From Planctomycetota bacterium (GTDB lineage Bacteria > Planctomycetota > Planctomycetia > Pirellulales > Lacipirellulaceae), in the NCBI GenBank assembly GCA_003576855.1, contig QEVI01000001.1:1-62109 (forward strand): a stretch of DNA of 62,109 bases. Direction: 5' to 3'. Made by a program: the position numbers and the translations under genes. Of this stretch, positions 29,396 through 39,034 are shown in pieces; the stretch's first letter is position 1, and every line of letters begins with the position of its first letter. The notes under the pieces are model-generated. The model searched no databases and had not been told where the DNA came from. It was given only the letters and a program-made list of their open reading frames with translations.

Positions 29396-32389
29396 CTAGG
29401 GCCCGCCCAGTGCAGGGGCGGGCGGCGGTTCCGTCGGCGGTGCGTCGGCCTGATGCCGCCACAGCCGCAAGAACGCCAGCAAGTCGGCCATCTGGTCGAC
29501 GGACACTTGTTGTTCGAATCCGTCCGGCATCAGCGACTGCCCGCCGGCGAGCGATTCGATTTCGCTCCGCCGTATCGTCACGCTGTTTCCTTCGGCGTCG
29601 GCCAGGACGATTCCCTGGTCGTTCTCCGCCCGAATGACGCCTTGGTATCCCAAGCCCGCCGTCGTAATCACCGAATAGCTGATGTAGTTGGCATCGACGG
29701 CGCGGTTGGGATCCAGGATATCGGTGAGCAACTGCTCAGGAGACTTCATCGCCGCATCGCCGATGTCAGGGCCGACCGGCGTTCCCAGATCGCCCACGCG
29801 ATGGCAGTTGGCGCAGTGGGCCGCGAAGAGCTGCCGGCCCCGCCCTACGTCGCCGACTCGCTGCAGCGCGGGCCGATACCGATCGGCCACCGCTTGTCGG
29901 TCCCGCGCCGGTCCCGCCAGCAGCTTGGCGGCGGCAGTGCGGACCGTTTCGTCGCGGTGCTGGACGAGCGCCGCGCGGCGCACGGGATCGACGTCCGTAG
30001 CGCCGATGTCGCCGCGGGCCACGGCCTCCACCAGCGCCAAGGCGGACTGCGGATGCTCGGCCAGCCACGCCAGCGCCGCCGACCGGACTGCCGGAAGCTG
30101 GTCGCGAAATCGTGCCAGCAGCGTCTGCGCAAGGCCCGCATGGTACCGCCCGCGCAGCGCCGCCAACACGCCGATTTGAACCGCCGGCGGCATGTCCGGC
30201 TCCCGCTCCAAGAGGGCCGCCATGGTTTCCGCGGCGTGGGGCCGGCCGTCGCAGCGTTCGAGCCGGGCCGCCTCGAGCCGGGCCCCGTCCGACGCCGACG
30301 CATCAGCCAACGTGGCCAGCGCGGCGTCGAACAAGTCCTCCATAGCGCTGCCGACGCTCGCGTTCGACTCTGCCAATTCCCGGCGGACTTCGTCAAGCGA
30401 GCTGCCGCGTTCGTCGAGCGCGGCTGCCGCGGCCAGTAGCAATTCCCGTTGCTCGGCTCGGTCCACCGACGTGAAATGGGCCAACGACCGCGCGACGCTG
30501 GCCGGACCCTGAGCGGCCAGCGCTCGCATGACTTCTGCGACGAAATGCGAATTCGGGCCGAGTGCGTCGCGCCGGATCGGACTATCCATAATGGACGCCA
30601 GGAGGTCTGCCGCCCGATCGCGGGAAGCGAGCGCTACCGCCCGGCACGTCCACTGGTCCGCGAAGTCTGCAAGAACAATCTCTTTGAGCGCCGACAGCGC
30701 CGCTGCCGGCGGCAGCGACATCGAGCTCAGGGCGGATTGAAACCTGACGCGAGGATCGGCGTCGCCGGCCGACTTCAACACGGACGCGGCAAGTTCAGGC
30801 AAGTCGGCAAGCCTCGATTCCGCCAGAATCAGCGCGGACTGGCGGATGTTCGGGTCCGGATCGTCGAGCGCTGTCCGAATCACCGCGGCAGGCAGCGCGC
30901 CCAGTCGGTCGAGCAGCATCAGCGCCAAATAGCGCGATGTTGCTGGCGAGCCGGGGGCGGCCGCCGTTCGAAGCCGCTCGATGCACTCGGCCGGCGCCAT
31001 CGAGCCCGCCTCGAGCAGCAGCCGCAAGGCCGTTTCGCGGCGCCAGGCGTTGGCGTCGGCCAGCAGCGAGACGAACGCTGCAGGCGACCGGGCGTCGATC
31101 GGCCGGCAGCGGTTCCCACGGGGAGCATCGGCGCGGACGATGCGGTAGATCCGGCCGCGGTCGTCGCCGTGTCGCAAGTCGGGCCGGCTGCGCAGCTCCT
31201 CGGGCATCCATTCCGGATGCTCGATGACGGCCCGGTACATGTCCACGACGTACAGGGCGCCGTCCGGACCTACATGCAAGTTGACCGGTCGAAACCACTC
31301 ATCGCTGGCCGACAGGAATTCGCCTCGGTCGATGGCAGGCCGGCCGACGGCGGCTGCTCCGGCCGGGGTCAGCCGCTGCTGGTGGACGAGGTTCGCCGTC
31401 GGTTCGCAGACCAGCGCCGTGCCGTAGTCGCCGGCGGGCAGTGCATCCCCGCGGTAGATGATCCCGCTGCAGGCGGCGGTAAACTGCCCCGCATGCTGCG
31501 CCGAGGTCGTCATGGCCCGCGAGCGAGGGTAGAGCCGCGAATCGGCGCCTGCGGCGATCACGTCGTGCACCGCCAGGGGCACGACGACCTGCGGATTAAG
31601 CTTCTGGTAGCGCTCGTCGATCATCACCTGGTACAGCGGATTACGATTGCTCGAGGCGAAGCGGCGCCCGAAGTCGTCGAATGTCAGACCGAACTGGCCG
31701 TTGCCCGTGACCGCCCGCGCCTCGCCGCCAACGGGATCGAAGGCGAAATCGCGTCCGTTGATGGCCACGGTCGGCAAGTCCGGCCGGCGGAGGTTTTCAA
31801 TCGTCCCGCCGCGCAGGCCGCCGGCGACGTACACCCAGCCATCGGCCGCCAGGCGGGGGTGGTTAGCCCGCAGTTGCTCGTTGGCCGTGGCAAACCCGCG
31901 ATACCATAGCTCTTGCCGATCGGCCCGGCCGTCGCCGTCGTCATCGGGGAAGTAGGCGACGGCGCCGGCGAGCGTCACGATCACGCCGCCACGCCACGGC
32001 TGCAAGCCGGTGGGAAACAGCAGGTCGTCCGCAAACGTCTGGCCGGTTTCATAGCGGCCGTCATGGTCGCCGTCGGTGAGAATGCGAATGCGCGACGTCG
32101 GCGCGCGACCCGGAGCCAGGGTCGGGTAATCGCGCATTTCGACGACCCAGAGACGCGCTTGCTCGTCAAAAGCGATCGCCACCGGGTCGACGACAGCCGG
32201 TTCCGCCGCCGCTAGTTCCACGCGGTAGCCAGCCGGCGCCTGCAAGTCGGCCAGCGCGGCGGCCGGCTCCAACGGACCCCGCCCCGCCACGCCTGCCGAC
32301 GCCCTGGCGGCGACGACGGCCGTATGCGCGAGAAGGGCCACCGCAATTCGGCGGCGCCCCAATGCACTCGTATCGGCCGCACGACTCAT
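29396..32389 (-). CDS. PVC-type heme-binding CxxCH protein (putative membrane-bound dehydrogenase: propeller + HEAT-like + cytochrome c)
   Basis: AAEPAVVDPVAIAFD, WFRPVN..GPDGALYVVDMYR, RGRIYRI, CANCH, GPD, ILDPN, SLMPDG; start reassigned to ATG 32389. Confidence 0.9.
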   Translation of the reverse strand: MSRAADTSALGRRRIAVALLAHTAVVAARASAGVAGRGPLEPAAALADLQAPAGYRVELAAAEPAVVDPVAIAFDEQARLWVVEMRDYPTLAPGRAPTSRIRILTDGDHDGRYETGQTFADDLLFPTGLQPWRGGVIVTLAGAVAYFPDDDGDGRADRQELWYRGFATANEQLRANHPRLAADGWVYVAGGLRGGTIENLRRPDLPTVAINGRDFAFDPVGGEARAVTGNGQFGLTFDDFGRRFASSNRNPLYQVMIDERYQKLNPQVVVPLAVHDVIAAGADSRLYPRSRAMTTSAQHAGQFTAACSGIIYRGDALPAGDYGTALVCEPTANLVHQQRLTPAGAAAVGRPAIDRGEFLSASDEWFRPVNLHVGPDGALYVVDMYRAVIEHPEWMPEELRSRPDLRHGDDRGRIYRIVRADAPRGNRCRPIDARSPAAFVSLLADANAWRRETALRLLLEAGSMAPAECIERLRTAAAPGSPATSRYLALMLLDRLGALPAAVIRTALDDPDPNIRQSALILAESRLADLPELAASVLKSAGDADPRVRFQSALSSMSLPPAAALSALKEIVLADFADQWTCRAVALASRDRAADLLASIMDSPIRRDALGPNSHFVAEVMRALAAQGPASVARSLAHFTSVDRAEQRELLLAAAAALDERGSSLDEVRRELAESNASVGSAMEDLFDAALATLADASASDGARLEAARLERCDGRPHAAETMAALLEREPDMPPAVQIGVLAALRGRYHAGLAQTLLARFRDQLPAVRSAALAWLAEHPQSALALVEAVARGDIGATDVDPVRRAALVQHRDETVRTAAAKLLAGPARDRQAVADRYRPALQRVGDVGRGRQLFAAHCANCHRVGDLGTPVGPDIGDAAMKSPEQLLTDILDPNRAVDANYISYSVITTAGLGYQGVIRAENDQGIVLADAEGNSVTIRRSEIESLAGGQSLMPDGFEQQVSVDQMADLLAFLRLWRHQADAPPTEPPPAPALGGP

Positions 32390-32421
32390 GAAATTCGCTC
32401 GCTGCCGACGGCCGGCGACGA

Positions 32422-33111
32422 CTACTTGCGGTTGCTCGGCAGGAAGCGAACTTCCACGGTAGCGCCTGCCGCGAACTCGTGCTCCGCAGGAAGGGCGACC
32501 CGCACCGGCCAACCGGTTTCCGGGACTACCACATCGGGCGTACGCGGCGGTCGAGTCTCCACGGCCGGTCCCACGGCTTGGATAGTCGAGCGGACCCACT
32601 CGGCCCCCGGGGCCTTGGACCTGACGGCGACCGGTTCGCCCGGCCGCGGCGGCGCCGGGGCGCTTTCCGGAAAGCTGCACACGATGTACTTCGGCACGCC
32701 CGAGGTGATCGTCAAGATGACGTCCCCTTTGGATAAGAATTGCCCGGTCGGCGCCGGCGGGCCGGAGATCACGCCCGACAGCGGCGCGACGACTTCAACG
32801 ACTTGGGCCGCGTCGTCGCCGCGGGCGACGCGGGCGCACACGGCATCGCGCTCGATGCGGGCGAGCGTCGGCGTGGCGGCGCTCGAGTCCCCGCCGGCCA
32901 TCAGCAGCCGGCCGTCGACGGGGCTGCGGACTTCGACGACGTCGCCGTAAACATGCCCCACCACCAGCGGCGCCATGCTCGATTGCGCTCGCCAAAGCCA
33001 GGCGCAGGCCGCCGCCGTCGCCACAAAGCAAATCGCCGGAATCGCGCGTTCACGGATGGTTTCCCACCGCTGCGGCCACGGGATCGGAATACGTTCGGGT
33101 CGGCTCGGCAT
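32422..33111 (-). CDS. Short HlyD/membrane-fusion-protein-like adaptor (biotinyl-lipoyl-like halves, no long coiled coil)
   Basis: N-terminal TM helix; VRSPVDG and VVAPLSGVI...GQFLSKGDVILTI lipoyl-type motifs; C-terminal beta-barrel ending GATVEVRF. Confidence 0.6.
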   Translation of the reverse strand: MPSRPERIPIPWPQRWETIRERAIPAICFVATAAACAWLWRAQSSMAPLVVGHVYGDVVEVRSPVDGRLLMAGGDSSAATPTLARIERDAVCARVARGDDAAQVVEVVAPLSGVISGPPAPTGQFLSKGDVILTITSGVPKYIVCSFPESAPAPPRPGEPVAVRSKAPGAEWVRSTIQAVGPAVETRPPRTPDVVVPETGWPVRVALPAEHEFAAGATVEVRFLPSNRK

Positions 33112-33134
33112 GGCACTGGCGCAAGCGGGCGATC

Positions 33135-33839
33135 TCAATACGGGTCCTTGGCGACGCGCTTATGCGGGATGTACGACACCTCGTGCAGGGCTGGCGACGA
33201 CGCCAATTCGTCGCGCAGGTCGTTGACCCGCTGCCGGTCCCGCAGGTGAATCTCGTAGGTTACGACGCGCCCCTGGCCGGGCATGTGCTGGTCCGAGACC
33301 AGGTCCCACCGGTTCGCATGCCGATACAGCAGCGCATTCAGGGAGGCGCGGCCATCCGGGGCGTCGTCTTCGATTTCAACGGACAGCGACCCGTCGGCCA
33401 GCCGCCGCGCGCCGAAATTGCTGAACCGCAAATAGACGAGCACCACGCCGACGGCCATCGCCCCCATGACCGCGGTCGAGAAGCGGAGCGTCCCCGCCGC
33501 CATGCCCTCCACGATCGACCAGAGGATGAAAACCGTGTCCCGCGTATCGCGCAGCACATTGCGGAATCGCACCACGGCCAGCACCGCCAGCAGGCCGAAT
33601 GCCACCATGAAGCTGCCGGCCATCAGCAGCATCAAGAGCGCAACGATCACCGGCAGCACGACCAGGGCGCTCACGAACGACCGCGAATGGTCGGGCTCGG
33701 TGTTGGTCGCCAGATACAAAAAGCCGACGAACTGGCCGATCGCAAACGCCATCAACAGCGTGAACAGCAGCAACAACGGCTGCGAGGCCCCTCCCTGATC
33801 TCCGTAGAGGAGCATGTCGGTCCAGACGCGGATATCCAT
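33135..33839 (-). CDS. DUF4956 domain membrane protein
   Basis: About 4-5 TM helices; AFGLLAVLAVVRFRNVLRDTRD signature; GMAAG; soluble C-terminal domain; adjacent to the VTC gene. Confidence 0.88.
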   Translation of the reverse strand: MDIRVWTDMLLYGDQGGASQPLLLLFTLLMAFAIGQFVGFLYLATNTEPDHSRSFVSALVVLPVIVALLMLLMAGSFMVAFGLLAVLAVVRFRNVLRDTRDTVFILWSIVEGMAAGTLRFSTAVMGAMAVGVVLVYLRFSNFGARRLADGSLSVEIEDDAPDGRASLNALLYRHANRWDLVSDQHMPGQGRVVTYEIHLRDRQRVNDLRDELASSPALHEVSYIPHKRVAKDPY

Positions 33840-33844
33840 CGACG

Positions 33845-34642
33845 CTAGCCCGCCTTCTTGCTGCCCTTCTTCGACGGTCGCCGCCAATGGGGATGCGGCT
33901 GCGGGCCGCAGAGTTGAAGTGCGTCGATGCACTCGGCGAACTTGGAAAACGAGGTCCGCTTCAGCGTCAGCTTCTGCCTGATCTCCGTAAACCATTCCGG
34001 CGGCTGGCCCGTGTACTTGACCTCGAGCAACACGTTCAGGCCGCCGACGCTCGAACCGTACCGGGGCGCGTCCAGGCGGATGCTTCGCCCGCAGGCAACC
34101 GTCTTGATGCGGCGATCGAACGTCAGCCGCACCTTCGGCTCGCCGGACGAGTTATACGCCTCGCGCTCGTAGCCCACGAGCAGCTTGGGCGTCGCGCCAA
34201 GCGACAGTCGTCGCTGGCAGAATTCCTCGAGCGCCGTGCCGGCGGCGCCGTTGGTCAACGCGTGCTGCAAGGCCTCGCCATCGGGATGGTGTAGCAGCGC
34301 TTCGGCGAGGGCTTTATCCGCGGCGTAGCGGCGCTTGAACACCTGGCCCTTGATCTTCTCCTTCACCTCGACGAAGGCCAGGGTGTCGGGCCGGTCGTCG
34401 TAGTAGCGCAGCCGCAATTTGAACCGCCGCGCCGCCCCTTGCCGGGTCTGCCGATACAGGTCGAGATTCGGCGTGTCGTAGTACACGCTGTACACGGCGT
34501 AGCCCCGCGTGCTCGCCGGCGGCATGTGCACGTCGCGCTCCAGGTAGGGCTGGATGGCCTCGCGAACGGCGACGGCGACGCTGTCGGTGACGAGAAACTT
34601 GCGTTCAAACCGACCGCTGGGGAAATCGTCGACTTGTTCCAT
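33845..34642 (-). CDS. VTC (polyphosphate polymerase)/CYTH-like domain protein
   Basis: RFERKF, SVYYDT, RFKLRLRYY, EVKEK, YEREAY, RLTFD, LEVKY, FSKF. Confidence 0.9.
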   Translation of the reverse strand: MEQVDDFPSGRFERKFLVTDSVAVAVREAIQPYLERDVHMPPASTRGYAVYSVYYDTPNLDLYRQTRQGAARRFKLRLRYYDDRPDTLAFVEVKEKIKGQVFKRRYAADKALAEALLHHPDGEALQHALTNGAAGTALEEFCQRRLSLGATPKLLVGYEREAYNSSGEPKVRLTFDRRIKTVACGRSIRLDAPRYGSSVGGLNVLLEVKYTGQPPEWFTEIRQKLTLKRTSFSKFAECIDALQLCGPQPHPHWRRPSKKGSKKAG

Positions 34643-34672
34643 GACTCCTATCCGGCGCGGTCCGCGACCGCG

Positions 34673-35674
34673 CTAAAAGGGCAACTCGGAGATCGCCTCT
34701 TCGCCGTCGCGCGAGCAGAGGCTCATGATGAGCTGTTCATCCGTCTCGTCCGGCACGAAATGCACCGAGGCGTCGCACATCAGGAAGTTGGCGCCGCCGG
34801 GATGGTCGGAAATAATCGCTTCCTGATACCAGGCGTCCGGGACCGGCACCTGGTTGACGCCTTCGGTGATGTGGCTGACATTGCTCCCGGAGGCCCAGGC
34901 GCCGTTGAGCGACTTGATCTGGCCATTGTCAAATTCCACGCCCCGACCGCTGCACTCGGCCACGCACAGCGTGTTGGACATCCCGTCGGTCACCTGCTCG
35001 ACGCGGACCGGCGGCGGCTCGACCATCGTGTCTTCATTGGGGAAGCCCTTGGTCCCGATCAGCACGCCCCGCTGCCGGCCGTACTCGGTCGTCGAGCCGG
35101 GAGGCTCGGAGTCCTTATCGGGGCCGGACGAGCCCAGGTAGTCTATGCACCCCATCCCGCTGCCGGGGACGTCCAGCGAGATGAGCCGGTGATCCTCCCC
35201 CCGGTGCTCCTCGTGGCGCGACGTGCTCGGACAGATGTACACCGAGATCACCTGGCCCGTGGCGGTCAGGTTCGCCGGGTCGGTAAGCGGGATCTTGAAA
35301 TTGATCTTCGACAGCGTGGCGCTCTGCTCGAGGTAATCCAGCAGAAACGCCGACCACGCCAGTTGGTACGAGCCAGGGTCGGTCCGCGGCCCCGACCACT
35401 TCTTCCCCGCCGGGAACTTCTTGTGCTGGCCGATGTAGTTCTGGATGCCCAGCCCGATTTGCCGGAGGCGGTTTTGGCATTCCGTCCGCCGCGACGCCTC
35501 GCGCGACGCCTGAATCGCCGGCAGCAGCAAGGCAATCAGTACGCCGATGATGGCGATCACCACCAAGAGTTCCACAAGCGTGAAACCGCGCCGTTTCGTC
35601 GGGCCGCGCCCGCCGGCGGGGGCAACAGCCGATCGTCGGCCCTTGCCGGGCCGCTGAGGTGCATCGTCGCGCAT
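34673..35674 (-). CDS. DUF1559 prepilin-type N-terminal cleavage/methylation protein
   Basis: [40 protein letters not shown]; ICPS; TDGMSNT; C-terminal H-X9-DA; GGAGG RBS. Confidence 0.93.
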   Translation of the reverse strand: MRDDAPQRPGKGRRSAVAPAGGRGPTKRRGFTLVELLVVIAIIGVLIALLLPAIQASREASRRTECQNRLRQIGLGIQNYIGQHKKFPAGKKWSGPRTDPGSYQLAWSAFLLDYLEQSATLSKINFKIPLTDPANLTATGQVISVYICPSTSRHEEHRGEDHRLISLDVPGSGMGCIDYLGSSGPDKDSEPPGSTTEYGRQRGVLIGTKGFPNEDTMVEPPPVRVEQVTDGMSNTLCVAECSGRGVEFDNGQIKSLNGAWASGSNVSHITEGVNQVPVPDAWYQEAIISDHPGGANFLMCDASVHFVPDETDEQLIMSLCSRDGEEAISELPF

Positions 35675-36505
35675 GGCCAATCCTCCGCTTGAGCGCGTCG
35701 GACAGGTAACTGGCGGCGCCCGCCATGCGGGTAGAGAAGGCCCCGCGCCGCCCAGTCGTCCAAAAGCCACTCTACCTGTCTTCTTAACAAGATACAAGCA
35801 ATAGATTAACCAGACATTAGCATGCCCGTCGAACTGAACCAAGGCGCCGCCGCATTGCGCGTAGCCGCAGGGGCCAGGCAGCGGCGGGACGACATCGGGC
35901 GCGCCGCAATTGGGGCGGCTTATTGCGTCAGTTAGCGTACGCTTCTAGTGCAACGAGCGCTGCCGCGGCGGCCCAACGCCCTAAGCACAAGCGACGGAAC
36001 AGTTTCCCGGCGGGGCCGGCGCCGCCGCCCCGCGTTTACCGCCCGCGGCAGGCGGCAAGGATTGCCTGACCGCCAAGCTTCGCCAGCTACCGGCGATGCC
36101 CTTGCCCCGCTTCCCCGCCCACGCCGACCTTGCGGGTTTTCCAGCCCTCCGCGTCGACATCGCAGGAATTCTTTTTGGACGCCGATATCCACTTCGCCCA
36201 ACCGGCCGGGGGGCTCAGCCGGGGCGGGCTTGGTCGAGAGGCATGGAAAAGGCGGCGGCCGCTGGCCATTCGGAGATGCGCACTAGTGCCGGCCACACCT
36301 CCGCCCTGCCCCGCCCCGCAGCCCGCCTCGGTCGACAGGGCGAAACCTTCGGCGGGAAAGAGCGGCCGTTGCCCTGTTCGAAAGCCGCTTGGAGACTCCT
36401 GGGAGCTTGAATCCCTATTGATCCATTAGCCTGCTAACTACGCGCAGCGAGACCGCCAACTCACGCTGAAACGAGTCAACTGCACCTTTGAAGAGTTTAC
36501 GCCCT

Positions 36506-36811
36506 ATGTTGAAGTGTTCGGCTAGCCTGCCAACGGTAGACGATCTGGTGCGTTACATCGCCGATACGCTCAGCCAGTTGGAAATGCTCAAGAGCGACCA
36601 GTTCAAGCTGGCGCGGCGGGTCATCCGCCGTGGCGGGCGGCCTTGCGGCCTGTATTTCGCCTTGCACGGCCCGCGGTCGCTCTGTCTCAGCGCCGTGTGG
36701 GAAACCGCCGGCAACGTGATTTACTTCTACGGCTCCTGCGGCCGCCGCGTGCAGTGCACCACGCTGCTGGCCGCGCCGCCAGTGCAACTGGCCGTCGACA
36801 TGGCTGGCTGA
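36506..36811 (+). CDS. Small hypothetical protein
   Basis: Protein-like composition with RGGRPCGLYFALHGPRSL..SAVWET..IYFYGSCGRR; AT-richer promoter-like region upstream. Confidence 0.7.
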   Translation: MLKCSASLPTVDDLVRYIADTLSQLEMLKSDQFKLARRVIRRGGRPCGLYFALHGPRSLCLSAVWETAGNVIYFYGSCGRRVQCTTLLAAPPVQLAVDMAG

Positions 36812-36958
36812 AGCCGGCAATCGGTCCGTTCCGTTCCCGACCAACGGCGGCGCCTGCAAGCGGGGCGGACGGGCGCGTTTCGGCGGAGGGCCGGCCGAAC
36901 TGCGACGCATAGCGTCTGTTGGTGTGCGCGTCGCGCATTCGCAGAGCCTGCATTTCGC

Positions 36959-36967
36959 CGGTATAAT
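36959..36967 (+). promoter_or_regulatory. Putative sigma70 -10 element
   Basis: CGG-TATAAT, hexamer at 36962-36967, about 8 bp before the structured region. Confidence 0.55.
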
Positions 36968-36974
36968 TCCCAAA

Positions 36975-37122
36975 TCAGGGGTTACGAAAGCGACTTCAAC
37001 GCTGGAAGCGGCCGCCATAGCCCTTCTTCGCTTATGCGGAGCAGGCGGGCAAGGGCGAGCCGGTCGCGTCGCTGTGTCCTACTTCCGTGGTCGGACTGAT
37101 CGCTGTAGCGCGAACCCCTTGA
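36975..37122 (+). ncRNA. Candidate structured RNA (long irregular rod) or 5' leader of the DUF1559 operon
   Basis: Nested complementary segments TCAGGGGTT/AACCCCTTGA, AGCGA/TCGCT, GGAAG/CTTCC, GCGGCCG/CGGTCGC, GCCCTT/AAGGGC, TTCGCTT/AGGCGGG; folded by eye only. Confidence 0.4.
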
Positions 37123-37195
37123 CTCACCGCCGAGCCGGCGCAATCCTTTTCCGGTTTTTACTGTTTTCTGGCGAATACGGAGCAGACGTACTCAT

Positions 37196-38281
37196 ATGTT
37201 GTCTCATTCTGCGGGGCTCGCTTCGCGCTCGACGCGGCCCTACGAGCGGACGAAGCGACTTGCCGGTTTCACGTTGGTGGAGCTTTTGGTCGTGATCGCC
37301 ATCATCGGCGTGTTGGTGGCCCTGTTGCTGCCCGCTGTGCAAGCGGCCCGCGAAGCCGCCCGGCGCTCGCAATGCCAGAACAATCTCAAGCAAATAGGTC
37401 TGGGCATGCAGAACTACCACGGCGTGTTCGATCGATTCCCTTGGGGCGCCATCAACGGCGAGGGGTCGATGTGGTCCTACTACATCATGCCCTATATGGA
37501 GCAACAGACGACCCAGAGCCTCGTGACCCTCGGCGCCCGCGACGGCGTGCAGACGACCGACGACCTCAATTGGGCGCATCCCGGCCCCTATCGCCGCGAA
37601 GACATCGCCAGCAAGAGAGAGTTCAAGAACCTGATCGCTTGCGAGACGCCGGCGCCCGTCTACCAGTGCCCCTCGGCCGGCTTTAGCGGCGGCCAGTACG
37701 ACGTCTCCCAGGATTCGTGGGTCGTGATGCAGCGGCAGCCGTCGTCGTATATCGGCTGCGCTTCCGGCCTGGTGTTGAACCAGAACGGCCCGGAGACAGA
37801 ACCGCTCAATCGCCACACCAAGATGCGCGAGCTCGACGGCGTGCTGTTCGGGCAAAGCGAAATCGGCATCAAGGACATTCTCGACGGCACGTCGAATACG
37901 ATGCTTGGCGGCGAGGCCGCTCACGATTTCGCCGAAGTCGAGCGGGCCGGCGGGACCAAGGAAAGCTCCTTCGGCAGCCGCAAGGACCACTGGTACTTCG
38001 GCAGCGACGACATCGACACGACCGCCAGCTTCGACCTCTCTGAGGCGATGGGTTCGACGGCCGTGCCGATCAACTTCCAGAAGCAAGTCACGAGCGACGT
38101 GTGCACCGTCGCGGCGTCGGCCGATTGCCAGAAGCTGCAACTCGCCTTCGGCAGCGCCCATCCGGGCGGCATGAACATGGTGCTCTGCGACGGCTCGGTG
38201 CAGTTCACCAGCGAAGACGTCGATGCGCCGGTGTGGCGCGACCTGGGCACGCGGGCATCGCAGGTCTACGTCAAGCAATAA
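37196..38281 (+). CDS. DUF1559 prepilin-type protein
   Basis: [42 protein letters not shown]; YQCPS; LDGTSNT; [14 protein letters not shown] (H-X9-DG). Confidence 0.95.
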   Translation: MLSHSAGLASRSTRPYERTKRLAGFTLVELLVVIAIIGVLVALLLPAVQAAREAARRSQCQNNLKQIGLGMQNYHGVFDRFPWGAINGEGSMWSYYIMPYMEQQTTQSLVTLGARDGVQTTDDLNWAHPGPYRREDIASKREFKNLIACETPAPVYQCPSAGFSGGQYDVSQDSWVVMQRQPSSYIGCASGLVLNQNGPETEPLNRHTKMRELDGVLFGQSEIGIKDILDGTSNTMLGGEAAHDFAEVERAGGTKESSFGSRKDHWYFGSDDIDTTASFDLSEAMGSTAVPINFQKQVTSDVCTVAASADCQKLQLAFGSAHPGGMNMVLCDGSVQFTSEDVDAPVWRDLGTRASQVYVKQ

Positions 38282-38338
38282 GCGACGGCGCAGCGCGACT
38301 TGACGCACTCTCGGTCCGTTCTCTTTCGCAAGCGCGGT

Positions 38339-38785
38339 ATGCCTCCAATGCGCGGATTAACGACTCACCCGGCTCGGACGTTCGGACTCGCTTTGGGCGC
38401 CGGCCGCCTGTGGCGCCCGCTGCTTGTGGGCGTCGTTATGGCCTGCTACGGTTGCGGCGGACCGGCCCAATCGAAGACGCCGCCCTCGGCCACGTTGCTG
38501 CTCGACGCGCAAGAAGCGATTCGGCAGGGGGACGACGCCAAGGCCCTGGAGCTGCTCAACGCGTCGATCGAGAGCCAGCCGACCGTTTGGAATCTTATGG
38601 AGCGGGCGCGTCTCAACGCCCGCCTGGGGAATGACGAGGCCGCCAAGGCCGATTGCCAGCAGATGCTCCAGGTCGAGCCGACGACGCCCGACGCCGCCTG
38701 GATCGAGGCGGAACTGAAGAAGCCGGTAGGCAAGCGCTTCGAAGGCAAGTTCGCCTCGCCGCCCAGCCATCGCGAAGCGATGTAA
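38339..38785 (+). CDS. Small TPR-like putative lipoprotein
   Basis: Hydrophobic stretch ending ..MACYGCGG (lipobox-like); TPR-like helices (ALELLNASIE, ERARLNARLG..AKADC); start uncertain. Confidence 0.65.
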   Translation: MPPMRGLTTHPARTFGLALGAGRLWRPLLVGVVMACYGCGGPAQSKTPPSATLLLDAQEAIRQGDDAKALELLNASIESQPTVWNLMERARLNARLGNDEAAKADCQQMLQVEPTTPDAAWIEAELKKPVGKRFEGKFASPPSHREAM

Positions 38786-39034
38786 GGCCGCCCCGTTCTC
38801 GCGGCACGCCCCCATCTTCAACCGCTCCACGGCGGCCGTGTGCGACAGGTTGTCGCATCGGGCGCATCTTCGCACGCAAGCGCCGCCGGCCGCGTACCCA
38901 CGCGCCCAGCCGCGCGGAAGAAATATTGGACATCCCATGGCGAAATTGTTAGCCTTCGGCAGTGTAGTCGGGCCGTTGCTCGTCTTTTCCCCGACCTTGC
39001 TCCATCAGCTTCACTTTTCCAACGGGGGTGCCTA

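Noticed and set aside
36975-37122. SRP RNA, tRNA or tmRNA identity for the structured region
   Set aside because: Lacks the SRP GGAA tetraloop/helix-8 motif and any cloverleaf or T-loop; left as an unnamed candidate
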